In this document: one piece after another, positions 36,765 to 48,094 of the stretch
How the letters are laid out: every line of letters starts with the position of its first letter
Numbering within the stretch: position 1 is the stretch's first letter
Source: Saprolegnia diclina VS20
Taxonomy: Eukaryota
NCBI RefSeq assembly: GCF_000281045.1
Contig: NW_008246115.1
Location: forward strand, 317,438-367,465
DNA length: 50,028 bases
Direction of reading: 5' to 3'
The notes under the pieces: model-generated
Databases searched by the model: none
What the model was told of the DNA's origin: nothing
The model's input: the letters and a program-made list of their open reading frames with translations, nothing else
Program-made: the position numbers and the translations under genes

Positions 36765-37884
36765 TCAAGGCTCGTCCGCCGGCGGCGCGGCCGTGCGGTC
36801 GGCGTGGAGCTGGATGGCGGCGATACGCTCGTCGTCCGTGATGGCGATGCCATCGAGCTTGCTCAGTTTGGGCAAGAGCAAGACCAAGTCCAGTCGATAG
36901 TGCTCGACTTCGGTCACCGCGTTGCCTAGTCCATTTGACTAAACCACGGCCAACCGAATGGAGAAACGAACCGGTAAGGTCAATGTCTTGGAGCTTGGTC
37001 AAGGCGCCGAGCGCCGCGAGGTCGGTCAGCGTCGTCATCTGTGGACTGTGAGCACCACAGCATGCCCGGATCCGTACGTTGTTGAGTTCGGCCTTGAAGC
37101 TGGTGAGGTTCGGGAACGCGCCCAGTCCGTTCAAGTTGGCCAGTTGGTTCTCGCTCTACCAGTGTGCCACGTCATTGCTTGTAGCAACTTGAATGAACGA
37201 CTACGATGATCAACGACTCGAGGGACACGAGCTCGGGCGGTGTCGCCAACTCGGCGATCGCGTTCTGCGAGATCTCAAGCGCTTGGAGCGCGGGGAAATC
37301 GCCGAGCCCCGTGAGCGACGTGATCGCGTTACCTGGCAGCGACAGCCGTTCACCCTCACGATGAGCTTCGGAGGTCGTACCGTTGACCTTGAGCGACTCG
37401 AGGCTCTTGCTCTCGCCGCCGGTGAGGGCCGTGAGCTGGTTCTTGGACATATCCAGCGCCTAGTAGAAGAACTTGCAACGAGGAGATGCTGGCGGCGGGG
37501 GGACCTTGAGGTGTGCGTTCTTGAGCTTGGGAAGGGCGCTAAAGCTGTTCTCGGCGAGGTTGAGCTGGACGAGGTACTCGAGCGCCGTCACGGGCGACGC
37601 GTCCGAGAGCTTGTTGCGGGCGACGTTGACGAACCGGAGGTGTCGAAAGTCCTTGATCTGGTCCAAGCTCGTGAGCTCCTTGTCCTATGATCGCGTGAGC
37701 TCACGCAGGACGACCCTGGCGAGACGTTGATGTCGACGGCGGTGAAGGCAAAGCCCGCATTGTCGGTAGTCCGATCGATGCGCGAGAGCGACTCGGAGAA
37801 GAGCTTGAACATGGGTGGCGGCCCGTCGTCTTCGGGCGACGCTGCCTGGGGCGCGTCGGCTTGCTGCGGGTCGTCGTCGCTCAT
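36765..37884 (-). CDS. SDS22-type leucine-rich repeat protein, LRRC23-like (multi-exon)
   Basis: Repeats LRFVNVARNKL, LNLAENSF, LDMSKNQL, LEISQNAI and IDLTGNAV; LRRcap-like YRLDLVLLLPKLSKLDG; N-terminal LSRIDRTTDNAGFAF resembles LRRC23. Confidence 0.75.
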
Positions 37885-37918
37885 ACTCGGTCGAAATCGA
37901 AGAATAAATAGGTCGCGT

Positions 37919-38383
37919 TTAGGTTACAGCCTTGCGCTTCTTGTTCTGGACAGCGTCGCCAATGGCCGCAAGCCGACGAGAGAGCGTCGAGCAGTCCATG
38001 TAGTCGGCTTTGGTCGGTGCGAGCTGGAAGAGAATCGCATCGAGCTTACGGGCGAGCGAGGGCAGTTTCTGTAGCACAGGCGCGGGTGCATCGGGACGAA
38101 ACTTGCGCAGCAGCCGCACCAGATGGGCCTCCACGGTCAAGCGTTCGTCAGGTCGCACGTCCGTGAGGCTCCCGGCGGGGGCGAGCGTCACGGCGGCAAA
38201 GATCCGGCTAAGGCTCGCCAGGTCGAGCGCGTGGTCGCCGACCATGGCCGTGTACGAGCGCTTGAGCGTCAACGTCGCTGGCGAGTCCATGCAGCGACCA
38301 TTGACCATCGCGCTGGTCGTGGCCATCGTCGTTGACGTCGTCGTCGTCGTTGTCGTCGGGCCTGTCCATGGCGGCGCCAGCAT
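37919..38383 (-). CDS. Small protein with a KIX-like helical domain and basic NLS
   Basis: ERLTVEAHLVRLL..KLPSLARKLDAILFQLAPTKADYMDCSTLSRRL resembles the KIX_2-type domain of MED15/CBP-HAC proteins; C-terminal KKRK. Confidence 0.6.
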   Translation of the reverse strand: MLAPPWTGPTTTTTTTSTTMATTSAMVNGRCMDSPATLTLKRSYTAMVGDHALDLASLSRIFAAVTLAPAGSLTDVRPDERLTVEAHLVRLLRKFRPDAPAPVLQKLPSLARKLDAILFQLAPTKADYMDCSTLSRRLAAIGDAVQNKKRKAVT

Positions 38384-38640
38384 CGTGCCAAGTGAAACTG
38401 AGCTGCGGTCGTGATTTTTTTAAAGATCAAAGTAATAAAATTACAATAAAAATAATAATAAATTAAACTAATAAAATCATAAAAATCCAAATGGACAAGT
38501 CATCCGGCGAGGTGACGCGTCTTTTTGTATCAACTTGCTTTTTGTATATGCAACAGAATGTGCACCGTCCGCCACGACCGTGCGCACGCGAGATTGCAGA
38601 GAGATCCACCGCGCGTCACCGCTCGTTTAGTTAGTCGACG

Positions 38641-38740
38641 CGCTCGATCGAGTCGCTTCCTAGTCGATCGAGTCGCTTCCTAGTCGATCGAGTCGCTTCC
38701 TAGTCGATCGCGTTGCTTCCTAGTCGATCAAGTCGCTTCC
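38641..38740. repeat. 20-bp minisatellite, 5 units (TAGTCGATCGAGTCGCTTCC)
   Basis: Head-to-tail units at 38641, 38661, 38681, 38701 and 38721, with no spacers. Confidence 0.95.
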
Positions 38741-38750
38741 TCGTCGCTAC

Positions 38751-40127
38751 CTAGGGAAAGGCGGGCCGCTTGCAGAGCGGGCACGCATTGCTGCCCTTCT
38801 CGAACCACTTGTCAATGCAGCTCCGGTGGTAGATGTGCGTGCACGGAAGGAGCTAAGTCGACAAGCTACTTGAGGCCAGCGTCCGTTCCGAACAGAACAC
38901 CAAGTACCTTGATTTGGTCGCAGGGTCCAAACTGGTCCAGGCAGATCGCGCAGGAGGCGGCTTCGCCCGACGTTGCCATCATCTATGGCAGCGTACCATG
39001 AGGAGGTCGTCGCTGTCTTGTGTATACAAGGTCCAAGTGCTGGCTGTAGGAGACGTGGCGCCACGGACCAAGCAAAACTAGATATGCACGATCACTGATA
39101 GACAAAGAGGAGATAAAAGCGTACAGATGCGCCGCGCGACGGCCACGGACCAGTTGAGGAGCAGTGCATAGAGGCTACTATTTACACACATGAGGAAATG
39201 CAATAATTGTTCTCGACGTCGACCGGATCAAAGCACAGTACCTCACGAGAACATAGGCAAACGATATCGCGTAGACGTAGCCCATGTAAGGCAGCATGGC
39301 CTGGCCAAAGTCGAGCGCCGCGTGGACAAGCCGGACGTGCTCGGCGCTGAGGTCCCAGCGCTCGAGGAATTGTGTGATCGTATAGACTACCCGTCGCTCC
39401 GTAGCCGCCAGCGCCATCGGTAATCTCGTACCTTCGCCCGTGCCATTGAGCGAGACGACGACCGCGCTTGCGCGCACATGCGCGGCGAGTTCGCGGCCCG
39501 TGGCGTGCGACACAAAGACGGCGGGAATCGCAATGTCTTGCGTCGCGTCGTGGTCGTCACTGTGCATCCGAACCTCCCACCTATCATGTCGCAACTATGA
39601 CGTGGCAGCACGAGCGCGAAGCGAAACGCACGCGTCCCGGTCGACATCGTCCATGACAATAAGACCCGACGCGTTGGCGCGTTGTGCGAGGTACGCTTTC
39701 GTGAGGAAGCGGCACTTGCCGCGCAGCGCGAGGAGGAACTTCCCGGTTGCGTTGAGCTGCCGATTGATCGGCGAGCACAAGTCGAGTGGCGACGCTGCAG
39801 CGTCATTGACATCGTGCTGCAGAGAGATATAGATCGCGTCGTACCAAGGAGAAGCTCATGCTGCTGGAGAGCATGGCGTGCGCCAAAGTCGGCCGGACTA
39901 GCACCCGATCAGACTCGTCCGCTCCCACGAAAGAATGGCGATAGCACGTACATGTGCACCTTCTCGGAACAGCACGGGCTATCCATCGACATAGTCCGAT
40001 CAGAACACATCCTGTAGCTGCTGACCACGCGTTCGATGCTCGTGTTACAGCGTGCAACGTACGCTTCGAGAACCAGAGCACAGAACGGCTTGGCGCACGC
40101 GAGAAGAAGGGCAACGCAGCTGCGCAT
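38751..40127 (-). CDS. PA-TM-RING-H2 E3 ubiquitin ligase (RNF13/RMR-like; multi-exon)
   Basis: Signal peptide; PA domain (PADFG, LRGKCRFLTKAYLAQRANASGLIVMD, IAIPAVFVS); TM; RING-H2 CAICLDQF..LPCTHIYHRSCIDKW..CPLCK; TAG at 38751-38753. Confidence 0.88.
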
Positions 40128-40829
40128 TGATGGATGTCAACGAGCGCGTCGCGACCGCAGTTTCACTTCATATTCATAGCTCCCCTAAAATACACTTGGT
40201 ACAGTGCGAGGGGCCATCTTGCTGTGGGGTATCTTGTCTCCATAGTGTGTGTGGCGGCGGATGATGCTCTTGGTTTGTCACACGAGGGGTTCTTCGTGTT
40301 GGACAAGACTTGTACTAAGATGTATGGTGGTGGTTGCTACTCGGTGTCGCAGTCTATGCCAGTGTCCTCGAGAGTGGTCGTGCTCTAGGTGTTGTTGAGA
40401 GTGTCAGTGCAGCGATCGGCGATCGGTCGTGAGTAGCACCACCGGCCTATCAACTTTAGATGGTGGAAAGGGCGGTGTCTCGGGCTTGCGCTCGGCTACA
40501 CTAGCGACGCAACGTGCGATACAGTATAGTACTCGTCGAGATATTTGGCGGCGACCTTCACTAAGCGCGATGGATGATGCATGTAGCTGCTACCTTCAAG
40601 GATGTCCCGTGGGCGCGATCTTCGGCCGGCCGGCCTGTCGCGCGAGCCAATGGCATCGCGCCATTTTCCGACCTACAGCTTTTTGCGCGTGCTGATTGGC
40701 CAGCGTCGAATTCGTCGCTGAATATAAAAATCAAACCGAGCAAGAAAAAGACGTTGAATATTCAAAAATAGATATTGAGCGCACTCTACTGCGCGAGCTC
40801 ATTCCGCCGGAACCCGAGACAAGAAGAAG

Positions 40830-42597
40830 ATGGCTCGGACGTCGGCGATCAGCGACGAGGTCTGGGCGAACGCGATCCGCGCCGTCATGGTCGACAAGAT
40901 GAGCCTGCGCACGGCGGCGCAGAAGTTCGGTGTCCACCACATGTCGCTCCACCGGCGGATAAAGGACCTGCGCGGCGACGCCAAGCCCGAGAAGGCCAAG
41001 CCTGCGCCGACGACGACTGCGTACCTGCCGCAGGGCGGGAGCATGCTCAACATGATGAACATGGCCTACCACCCGAGCATGGCCGCGTCGGCCGACCCGC
41101 GAAGCCTCATGAAGCCGCCGTCCTACGGCGCGCCGCCGCCCATGCGTCCAGTGGGCCACTTGCCACCCGGTGGCGGCGGACCGCCCATGATGCTCGGCCC
41201 GATGCCCGGCTACCAGGACATGCCGCTGCCCAACATGAAGGCGTCGCCGAAGCGCAACAGCCCCGTGCAGCAAGCGGCCAACTGGTCCAAAGCGCTCCAG
41301 GCCGTCGAGACTGGCCACTTCAACGTCATGCAAGCAGCGAGCGCCTTTGCGCTCGACCCGTCCTCGCTGCACGAGCACATCAAGAAGCGGTCCGACGACA
41401 TGGTACGTCGTCGCCGTCGTTGTCTCAACGGTCGCTCACTTACCGCGCTTGTAGGCGGGCATGAACCCGGCCGACTATTTGAACCTGCTCGACGAGTTTG
41501 GCGTCGTCAAGGTGCTGGTCGCGCGCGCCGAGCTCGGCGTGCTCATGTCGTTTGAGGAGCTCGCCGAGCTCCTCCAGCGCACGATGTTCAAGACGGGCCA
41601 GGCGTGCCACGGTGCGGAATTACGGGGATCCCACATCCTGGCTACTCGCTCTACAGTACAAAAGGGCTGGTGCGATATTCGTGTAGGCGACGCACTCCAA
41701 AAGCTCTTGTTTGCGTTCGAGATGCGCAACGAGCACATCATGCGCACGTCGATCGCCAACTACAACTTGCGGTCGCCGCGCCAGCGCATGCCATCGATGC
41801 GGCCGCAAGACATGCTGCACCTCTCGCAGCAGCAGCAACACCAGCAGCCGCAGCAACACCAGCAGCCGCAGCAACACCAGCAGCCGCAGCAACACCAGCA
41901 ACACCAGCAGTCGCAGCAACACCAACAGCCGCCGACCCACCACCACCAGCACGCTTCGCCGTACGCGACGCATCATTCGGCGCACCACCAGTTGCATTCG
42001 TCGCACCAACAACAACAGCAGCAGCAGCAACAACAACAGCAGCAGCAGCAACAACAACAGCAGCATAGTCAGCTGCATACGATGGGGCGGTCGCCGCCGC
42101 AGCACTCGATGTTGTCGCCGTATCAGATGCAGCAGCGATCGGACCCGCAGGTGCGAGGCGCCTTCACGGGCACAGAGGTGCGGAATGTCGCTTGTTGCGT
42201 AGGAAGGCGATGTGTTCTTGCGCCCGGACGGTCGAAGCAGCGGGTACGCGCTCCCAGAGGCGAGGCAGCAGGACGTCAAGCCGCGCCAACTCACATCGAC
42301 CGCCGCCGCCGATCTCAAGCGAGACGACGCGCGCCAGTATGCGCCATCTGCGAACCTGCTGATCGCCTCCAACAAGATCAACGTGCGCAGCCCGCCAATC
42401 GAGCAGGAGCCGACGCAGCAGCCACCCGGCAAGAAGCGCAAGGCGTCGGGCGGCGAGTCGCCAGGGTAAGCAAAAGGCTCAATGAAGAAGCATGCGTCTC
42501 AAGCGTACGAGTTGGTAGGACGACGAGCTCGATCGAAGAAAACTCGAACGAGAACAGCAACCGCGCGCCAAAGACGCTGGATGTCGTCGAGATCTAA
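40830..42597 (+). CDS. Putative transcription factor with two psq-type HTH domains and a Gln/His-rich region (multi-exon)
   Basis: WANAIRAVMVDKMSLRTAAQKFGVHHMSLHRRIK and WSKALQAVETGHFNVMQAASAFALDPSSLHEHIK; polyQ; NLS-like KKRK; last exon ends TAA at 42597. Confidence 0.75.
41827..42063 (+). repeat. Coding CAG/CAA repeats (QQHQQP units and polyQ)
   Basis: Reiterated CAGCAACACCAGCAGCCG units and a CAA/CAG run at 42007-42063. Confidence 0.9.
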
Positions 42598-42749
42598 CGA
42601 CGCGATGGCGACGACGACGTCGTATGGACGTATATGCAGCACGCACGGGGATGATGCCCCACCCCAACCCACGAAGAAGACGAGCCCGCCTGTAATGTAT
42701 AGATAGACCAAGATAATAATGATGAAGATGGCTTGCAACACGAGACGGA

Positions 42750-43064
42750 TCATCGATCGAGCGACAGGAGGCGCGCGGCCTCGGCCAGCGACAGCGTCAC
42801 GTCGACGTACTCGACGTCGCTCAGCTTGACGACCGCGCGCGGGTACGTGCCCAATGGCGTGTGGAGGTCCGTGAGCCCGACCAAGCTTTGGCGGCCGTTC
42901 ACGCCGCCGATCGTACCCTCGAGGATCGCGCGGCTAGCATGGCCCATGAAGACGAGTATGCATGGGCGGAAGCGCTACCTCTGGTTGAGCGTGACCTGCG
43001 CGGGCTTGGCGACGATCGCGTCAAAGTACCGGAGGCTGGCGTACCGATGGCGTTCGGAGTCCAT
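42750..43064 (-). CDS. GEMIN7: Gemin7-like Sm-fold protein (2 exons)
   Basis: Intron 42978-42934 gives MDSERHRYASLRYFDAIVAKPAQVTLNQSRAILEGTIGGVNGRQSLVGLTDLHTPLGTYPRAVVKLSDV, matching the Gemin7 signature L-x-TPxG...a.lr.sD. Confidence 0.72.
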
Positions 43065-43190
43065 CACGGAACGAATATATCCCACCGTGTAAAACACAAG
43101 CATGAGCTTGCTCTTTGTAAGAGAGTAAAACGTGAATATTGTGTGGAACGTGTGCATGGTGGGTTTTAGCTGGCCAATCGCAAAACAGAC

Positions 43191-46100
43191 ATGCTGCAGC
43201 GCCTCGATCTCGCAGCCGACGCCGAGGCCCGCTTGCAGGAGCTACTGGCACCGACGCTTGGCTTGCCGTCGACGCAGGACCAGTTCCGCACGGGGCGCCG
43301 GACGCTCAAGAAGATCGAGAAGGCCTACGATACCTTGTCCGCGCTTGACGTGCCCTTCGCGCTCATTGAAGAAGGGCTCGCGCATGCCAACGACGCCGCC
43401 GGCGCGCTCCGCTACATCTGCTTGTACCACTCGAGCGGCGACCTGCCATCGCGCTTTCGCGCCAATGTGCCCAAGCCGCCGGCCGACGAAGTGGCCTTGG
43501 AGGTCGTCGCGGCGCAGCCACGACCCTTGGACCTGGAAGCGCCACGGCCACCGATCGCGACGCCGGTCGTCGCTGCGCCCATCGTCGACGCAGCGAGCCT
43601 CGCCGCGACAGAGGTATGCGTGTATCATAAACGTCTCTGCTAAGTATGGATAACAGGCCAAGGAGCACGCGGACCGAGCGAAAGAGTGGACGCGCCGGTA
43701 CATGGAGCTGCAAGCGCAGGCCAACAGCGACGATGAGGATGACGATGACGAGAGCCAGCTGTCGCCCGAGGCGCGCATGTGGAAGCTTGAAGTGGCCTGC
43801 GCAAAAAGCGTCGTCGAGGCGCAGCGCGCCAAGCGCGACGGCGGCGATGCCAAGCGATGGAACTCTGGGATCGCACGCCTCCGACGCGAGATGCGCGAGC
43901 TCGAGCTGTACGTGGACCGCGCCAAAATGGCGCCGGTGCCCACATTCGAGCTGGAGGACACTGCGACTGCAGCACCGCCGGCACCCGCTGCGAAATCAAC
44001 GAAAAGCGTCAACAACGACAACGACAACGACGACGACGACGACGACGAGGGCGGTGGCTTGTTTGGCATGCTCGAAGAGAGCGCACCTATGGCCGTGGCC
44101 GCACCGACCGTTGTCGCCCCCGTGCTTGCGCCGATCGACACCAACATTGGCGGCAAGTGGACGGGCAAGTCGCCGCGCGTGCAGCTGCAAGACTACTGCC
44201 GCAAGCAAAAGTGGCCTACACCTGCCTTCACCCAAGACAAGGCGGCTGGCAAATTCAGCTTCTCGGTCTCTGTGACGCCGAGCGCCAAAGCCAAGTCGAA
44301 GGCTGTCGCCAACGTCGTTTCGCTGCCGGGTACCTTGTACGCGACCATGGACGGTGCCAAAGATGCGGTGTCGACGCGCGCCCTCTACGAGCTCGCGCCC
44401 CATTTGCCGCTGCACCGGGGCTTCCCGCCCTTCTTCCGCGACATGTGGTACCGTACTTTTCCATTGCGCCTAGTAAATGAGTTAGTTGATGGCGGTGTTT
44501 AGGCTTGAATGGGAGCGAATCAAAAACGATGCCAAGGCAGCGACGCAGTCGGCGTCACGGTCGTCCAAAGACGCGATTGTCCAATCGCTCTTTCTTCTCT
44601 GCAAGGACGACGACACGGTCGACGTGTCGGCGGAGACGACTGTTCGCACCAAGCCGCCGCCGGTACCTGCCGCTGTCCTCGACGCGTGGGACGACGATGA
44701 CGACGACGATGACGACGATACGGCAAGCGGTGCCGTCGCGGACGACTGGGAAGCGACAGTCGCTTCGCCGCGTGCGCCGGTGACACCCGTAGTCGATGAA
44801 TGTCTCCAGGCGCAGTGGCGGGACCGTGTCCGTAGCGCCAAGTACCAGAGTTTTGTGGCCAGCCGCCATGCGCTGCCCATGGCCGCCTACCGAACACAGA
44901 TCCGTGACGCACTCGCGTCACACTCGGTCGTCCTCATCTCGGGCGAGACGGGCTGTGGCAAAAGTACTCAAGTGCCCCACTATCTCCTCGATGACCTCCT
45001 CTCGGCCGGCCATGCGTCGGGCTCGATCATCTGCACGCAGCCGCGCCGCATCGCTGCGATCGGGGTCGCCGAGCGTGTCGCCAACGAGGTCGGCGAGGTT
45101 GTCGGCAAAGGCTACGTGGGGTATAGCATCCGCCTCGAGCAGCGCAAGAGCGCGCAGTGCAAGCTTCTCTTTTGCACGACGGGTATCTTGTTGCGGCAGC
45201 TGCAGTCCAACCCGACCCTCGACGGCGTCAGTCACGTCATCGTCGACGAGATCCACGAGCGCGACGTCCAAAGTGATGTGTTACTCGCGCTCCTCCGGCG
45301 CCTGCTGCGGCGCGGCGCGCAGCTCAAGATCGTCCTCATGAGTGCGACGCTCAACGCCGCTCAGTTCCAACGCTACTTTGACGACTGTCCGCTCCTACAA
45401 GTGCCCGGTCGGCTCTTCCCTGTCGATGTCAAGTATCTCGAAGACGTCTTTGAGGCCACGGGGCACATTGTCCACGACGGTGCGATCCTTTTGTTTTTTA
45501 TGCACATAATAACTGTGGGGTTAGGGTCCAAGTACTGCCTTCCGGACGGGCATTCCACGCAGCAGTCGAAAGTCTCAGTGTCGAGCCGCGGCGGCAACGT
45601 CAACCAAGTGACGCTGTCGTGGTCGAGGCGTGACATAGCACCGACGTCATGGGCGGATGAATCGGACCACGACGCTAATGACGAAGACGGATACTCGGCG
45701 CGGACGCGCGAGATGCTGGCCAAGGTCGATGCGTCCGTCATCAACTACGAGCTCATTGAAGACCTTGTTGCGCATATTCTGTCGTCGCCCGACCACGACG
45801 GCGCGATTCTGGTGTTCTTGAGCGGCCGCGGCGAGATCCGCGCGCTCATTGAGCAGCTCGATGGCAACCGCGAGGTTGCCACCCGCTGTGTGCTTCTGCC
45901 ATTGCATGCGTCGCTCTCGTCGGCCGAGCAACAGCGCATCTTTGAGTCGTACCCGCGCAAGACCAAGGTCATTGTGAGCACGAACCTCGCCGAAACGTCG
46001 CTGACCATCGATGACGTCACGGTTGTCATTGACGCGGGTCGCGTCAAGCAGATGCGTCATGACGTCAAGACGCAGACGTCGTCGCTCACGGAAGTGTGGA

Positions 46101-47401
46101 TCGCCAAGGCCAACGCCAACGTACGTCCTCCAAACTCTCGTCGTCGAGTGACTTGAATTTTCTATGTTTGCATAGCAACGGGCGGGCCGCGCCGGCCGTG
46201 TCCGACCCGGGGTGTGCTACCGCCTGTACCCGAAAGCTACGTTCGAGTACGAGCTCCAGGCGCAGCCCGTGGCTGAGATCCACCGTGCGCCGCTCACGTC
46301 CCTTGCGCTGCAGCTGCACACGTTAGTCGGGTGTGACGCGCCGTCGTTTTGGGCCGACTTGCTCGAGTCGCCTGCCGAGCAAGCGATTCTGGATGCGACC
46401 AACGAGCTCTCGCAGCTAGGGGCCCTCACGCCGCAGGACACGCTCACCGCGTTGGGCGAGCACCTCGCCGCCTTGCCGCTCGACGTGCGCGTCGGGAAGC
46501 TGCTTCTCTTTGGCGCCATCTTTCAGTGTCCATCTCCGATCGCCATCATCGCAGCCATCCTTGAAACCAAGAGCCCGTTCGCGGTGCCGTTTGGGTCCGA
46601 GCGGGACGCCAAGGCCAAGCGTGCGCTGCTGGCAAGTGCGAGCCAGAGCGACCTCTTGACCGACTTGGCGGCCTACGACGCGTGGCAGCGGTCGACAGAC
46701 CGAGCCGGGTTCTGCCGTCGCAACTACCTGCACCCGGCGGCCCTCGAAGAGATCCGGAAGCTCGCCGCGTCGTTCGAGCAGCTTCTTGTCGAGCTCCAGT
46801 TTTTGCCGCGCGACTATATGAAGCAGCGAGCGCGCTCGAATGGCTACGCCAACGACGAGGCGGTCGTCGCTGCTGTCGTGGCCTCGGGTTTGTACCCGAA
46901 CGTGGTCGACGTGCAGGTGGATGCAAGCAGTGGCGTGGTCCGGTTTTGGGAACGGAAGAAGCAAGTGTATTTGCATCCGTCGAGCGTCAACCACGGCCGC
47001 AAGACGTTCTTGACGCCGTACCTTGGCTACCACCTCAAGCTCCAGACGTCGCGCGTCTACGTGCCAGTCTCGAGCAGCATCACGCCGTATGCGCTGGCCT
47101 TGTTTGGTGGCGCGGTCGACGTCGATGTCTTACAGCCCACGCCGGCGCTGGTCGTCGATGGGTGGCTCTCGATTCCGGCGAGTGCCCGCACTGCGATGCT
47201 CGTCCTTGAACTCCGAAAGTGTCTTGCCGACCTCCTCCAACGTACGACCTCCTCTCTTGTTTGCGACGGCGTACAAAGTACAGTGATGTCGTAGGCAAAA
47301 TCGATGCCCCGGGGTGCGACGATGCGCTGGCCAAAGACGCGATCGAGGCCATGGCGCTGCTCTGGAAGAACGAGCTTGACCAAGTCCCGTCGTCTTCCTA
47401 A
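43191..47401 (+). CDS. DHX29: DEAH-box RNA helicase, DHX29-like (multi-exon)
   Basis: WTGKSPRVQLQDYCRK dsRBD-like region, GETGCGKSTQ, DEIH, SAT, TNLAETS, QRAGRAGR and HA2/OB C-terminus; TAA at 47399-47401. Confidence 0.85.
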
Positions 47402-47867
47402 ATGCTGATTGAAGCGCGTTTACGTATTGGTGCTCGTACGCCTTGTCGTTGATAACCAAGAACACATGGTGTTGATCGCATGGCTATCGCCGATGATCTA
47501 CCACGGGTTGTCGGACCCACGACACTTTATGCTGTGGGCAGATGATAACAAAATGGCGGGTAGGATCTGGCAAGTAGATACCAAGGGATGCTTATGGAAT
47601 GGCTGCATACAACCAGTCGGCGACTGCGGCTCTCTTAGCGTCATTCGAGTTCTTATTTGTGCGAGACGTCTACTGAGGGTCCTGTATGTTGTCATCTACT
47701 CGCTACACTGCGAGTCTTACCAAAGTGGCCGCCGGTCGACGCAGAGGTCCAAGAGAGCGGGGCAGGTGCACATCTACTGTATCTGACTGACGCATGCAGG
47801 CGTAGCGCTACGTCTGTCAAGACTCCGCGTTTTTGCTGATTTGATTTCAACGCGGACGCGTTTGATG

Positions 47868-47897
47868 GATTGATTGATTGATTGATTGATTGATTGA
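47868..47897. repeat. (GATT)7 microsatellite
   Basis: Seven perfect GATT units about 200 bp upstream of the photolyase ATG. Confidence 0.95.
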
Positions 47898-48094
47898 GTA
47901 CTAATAGTGCTGCACCGTCCCTCGTGGAGAGTGGCACACTCCAACTCTCGAGCGTCGCGGCTAAATCCACCACCCTTAATGTATCCGGATATGACGTGGC
48001 AATTGCCAGTGCGATCCTGCACAATGGCTTCGGCCGAAGTCCACAGCTCGATGCTTCGCTGAGGCCAGAATCGAATCTCTCGCGTCGCCCAAGT

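Noticed and set aside
38641..38740. CRISPR-like array
   Set aside because: Units are directly adjacent with no unique spacers, no cas genes are present, and the context is eukaryotic.
7728..47401. Functional RNA-processing cluster (GW-SPOC, EAPP, Gemin7, DHX29)
   Set aside because: The genes are interspersed with unrelated ones over 40 kb, which is compatible with chance in a gene-dense eukaryote.
47409..47840. Small gene between DHX29 and the photolyase
   Set aside because: The short ORFs on both strands lack coding-like codon bias, and no consistent spliced model could be built.
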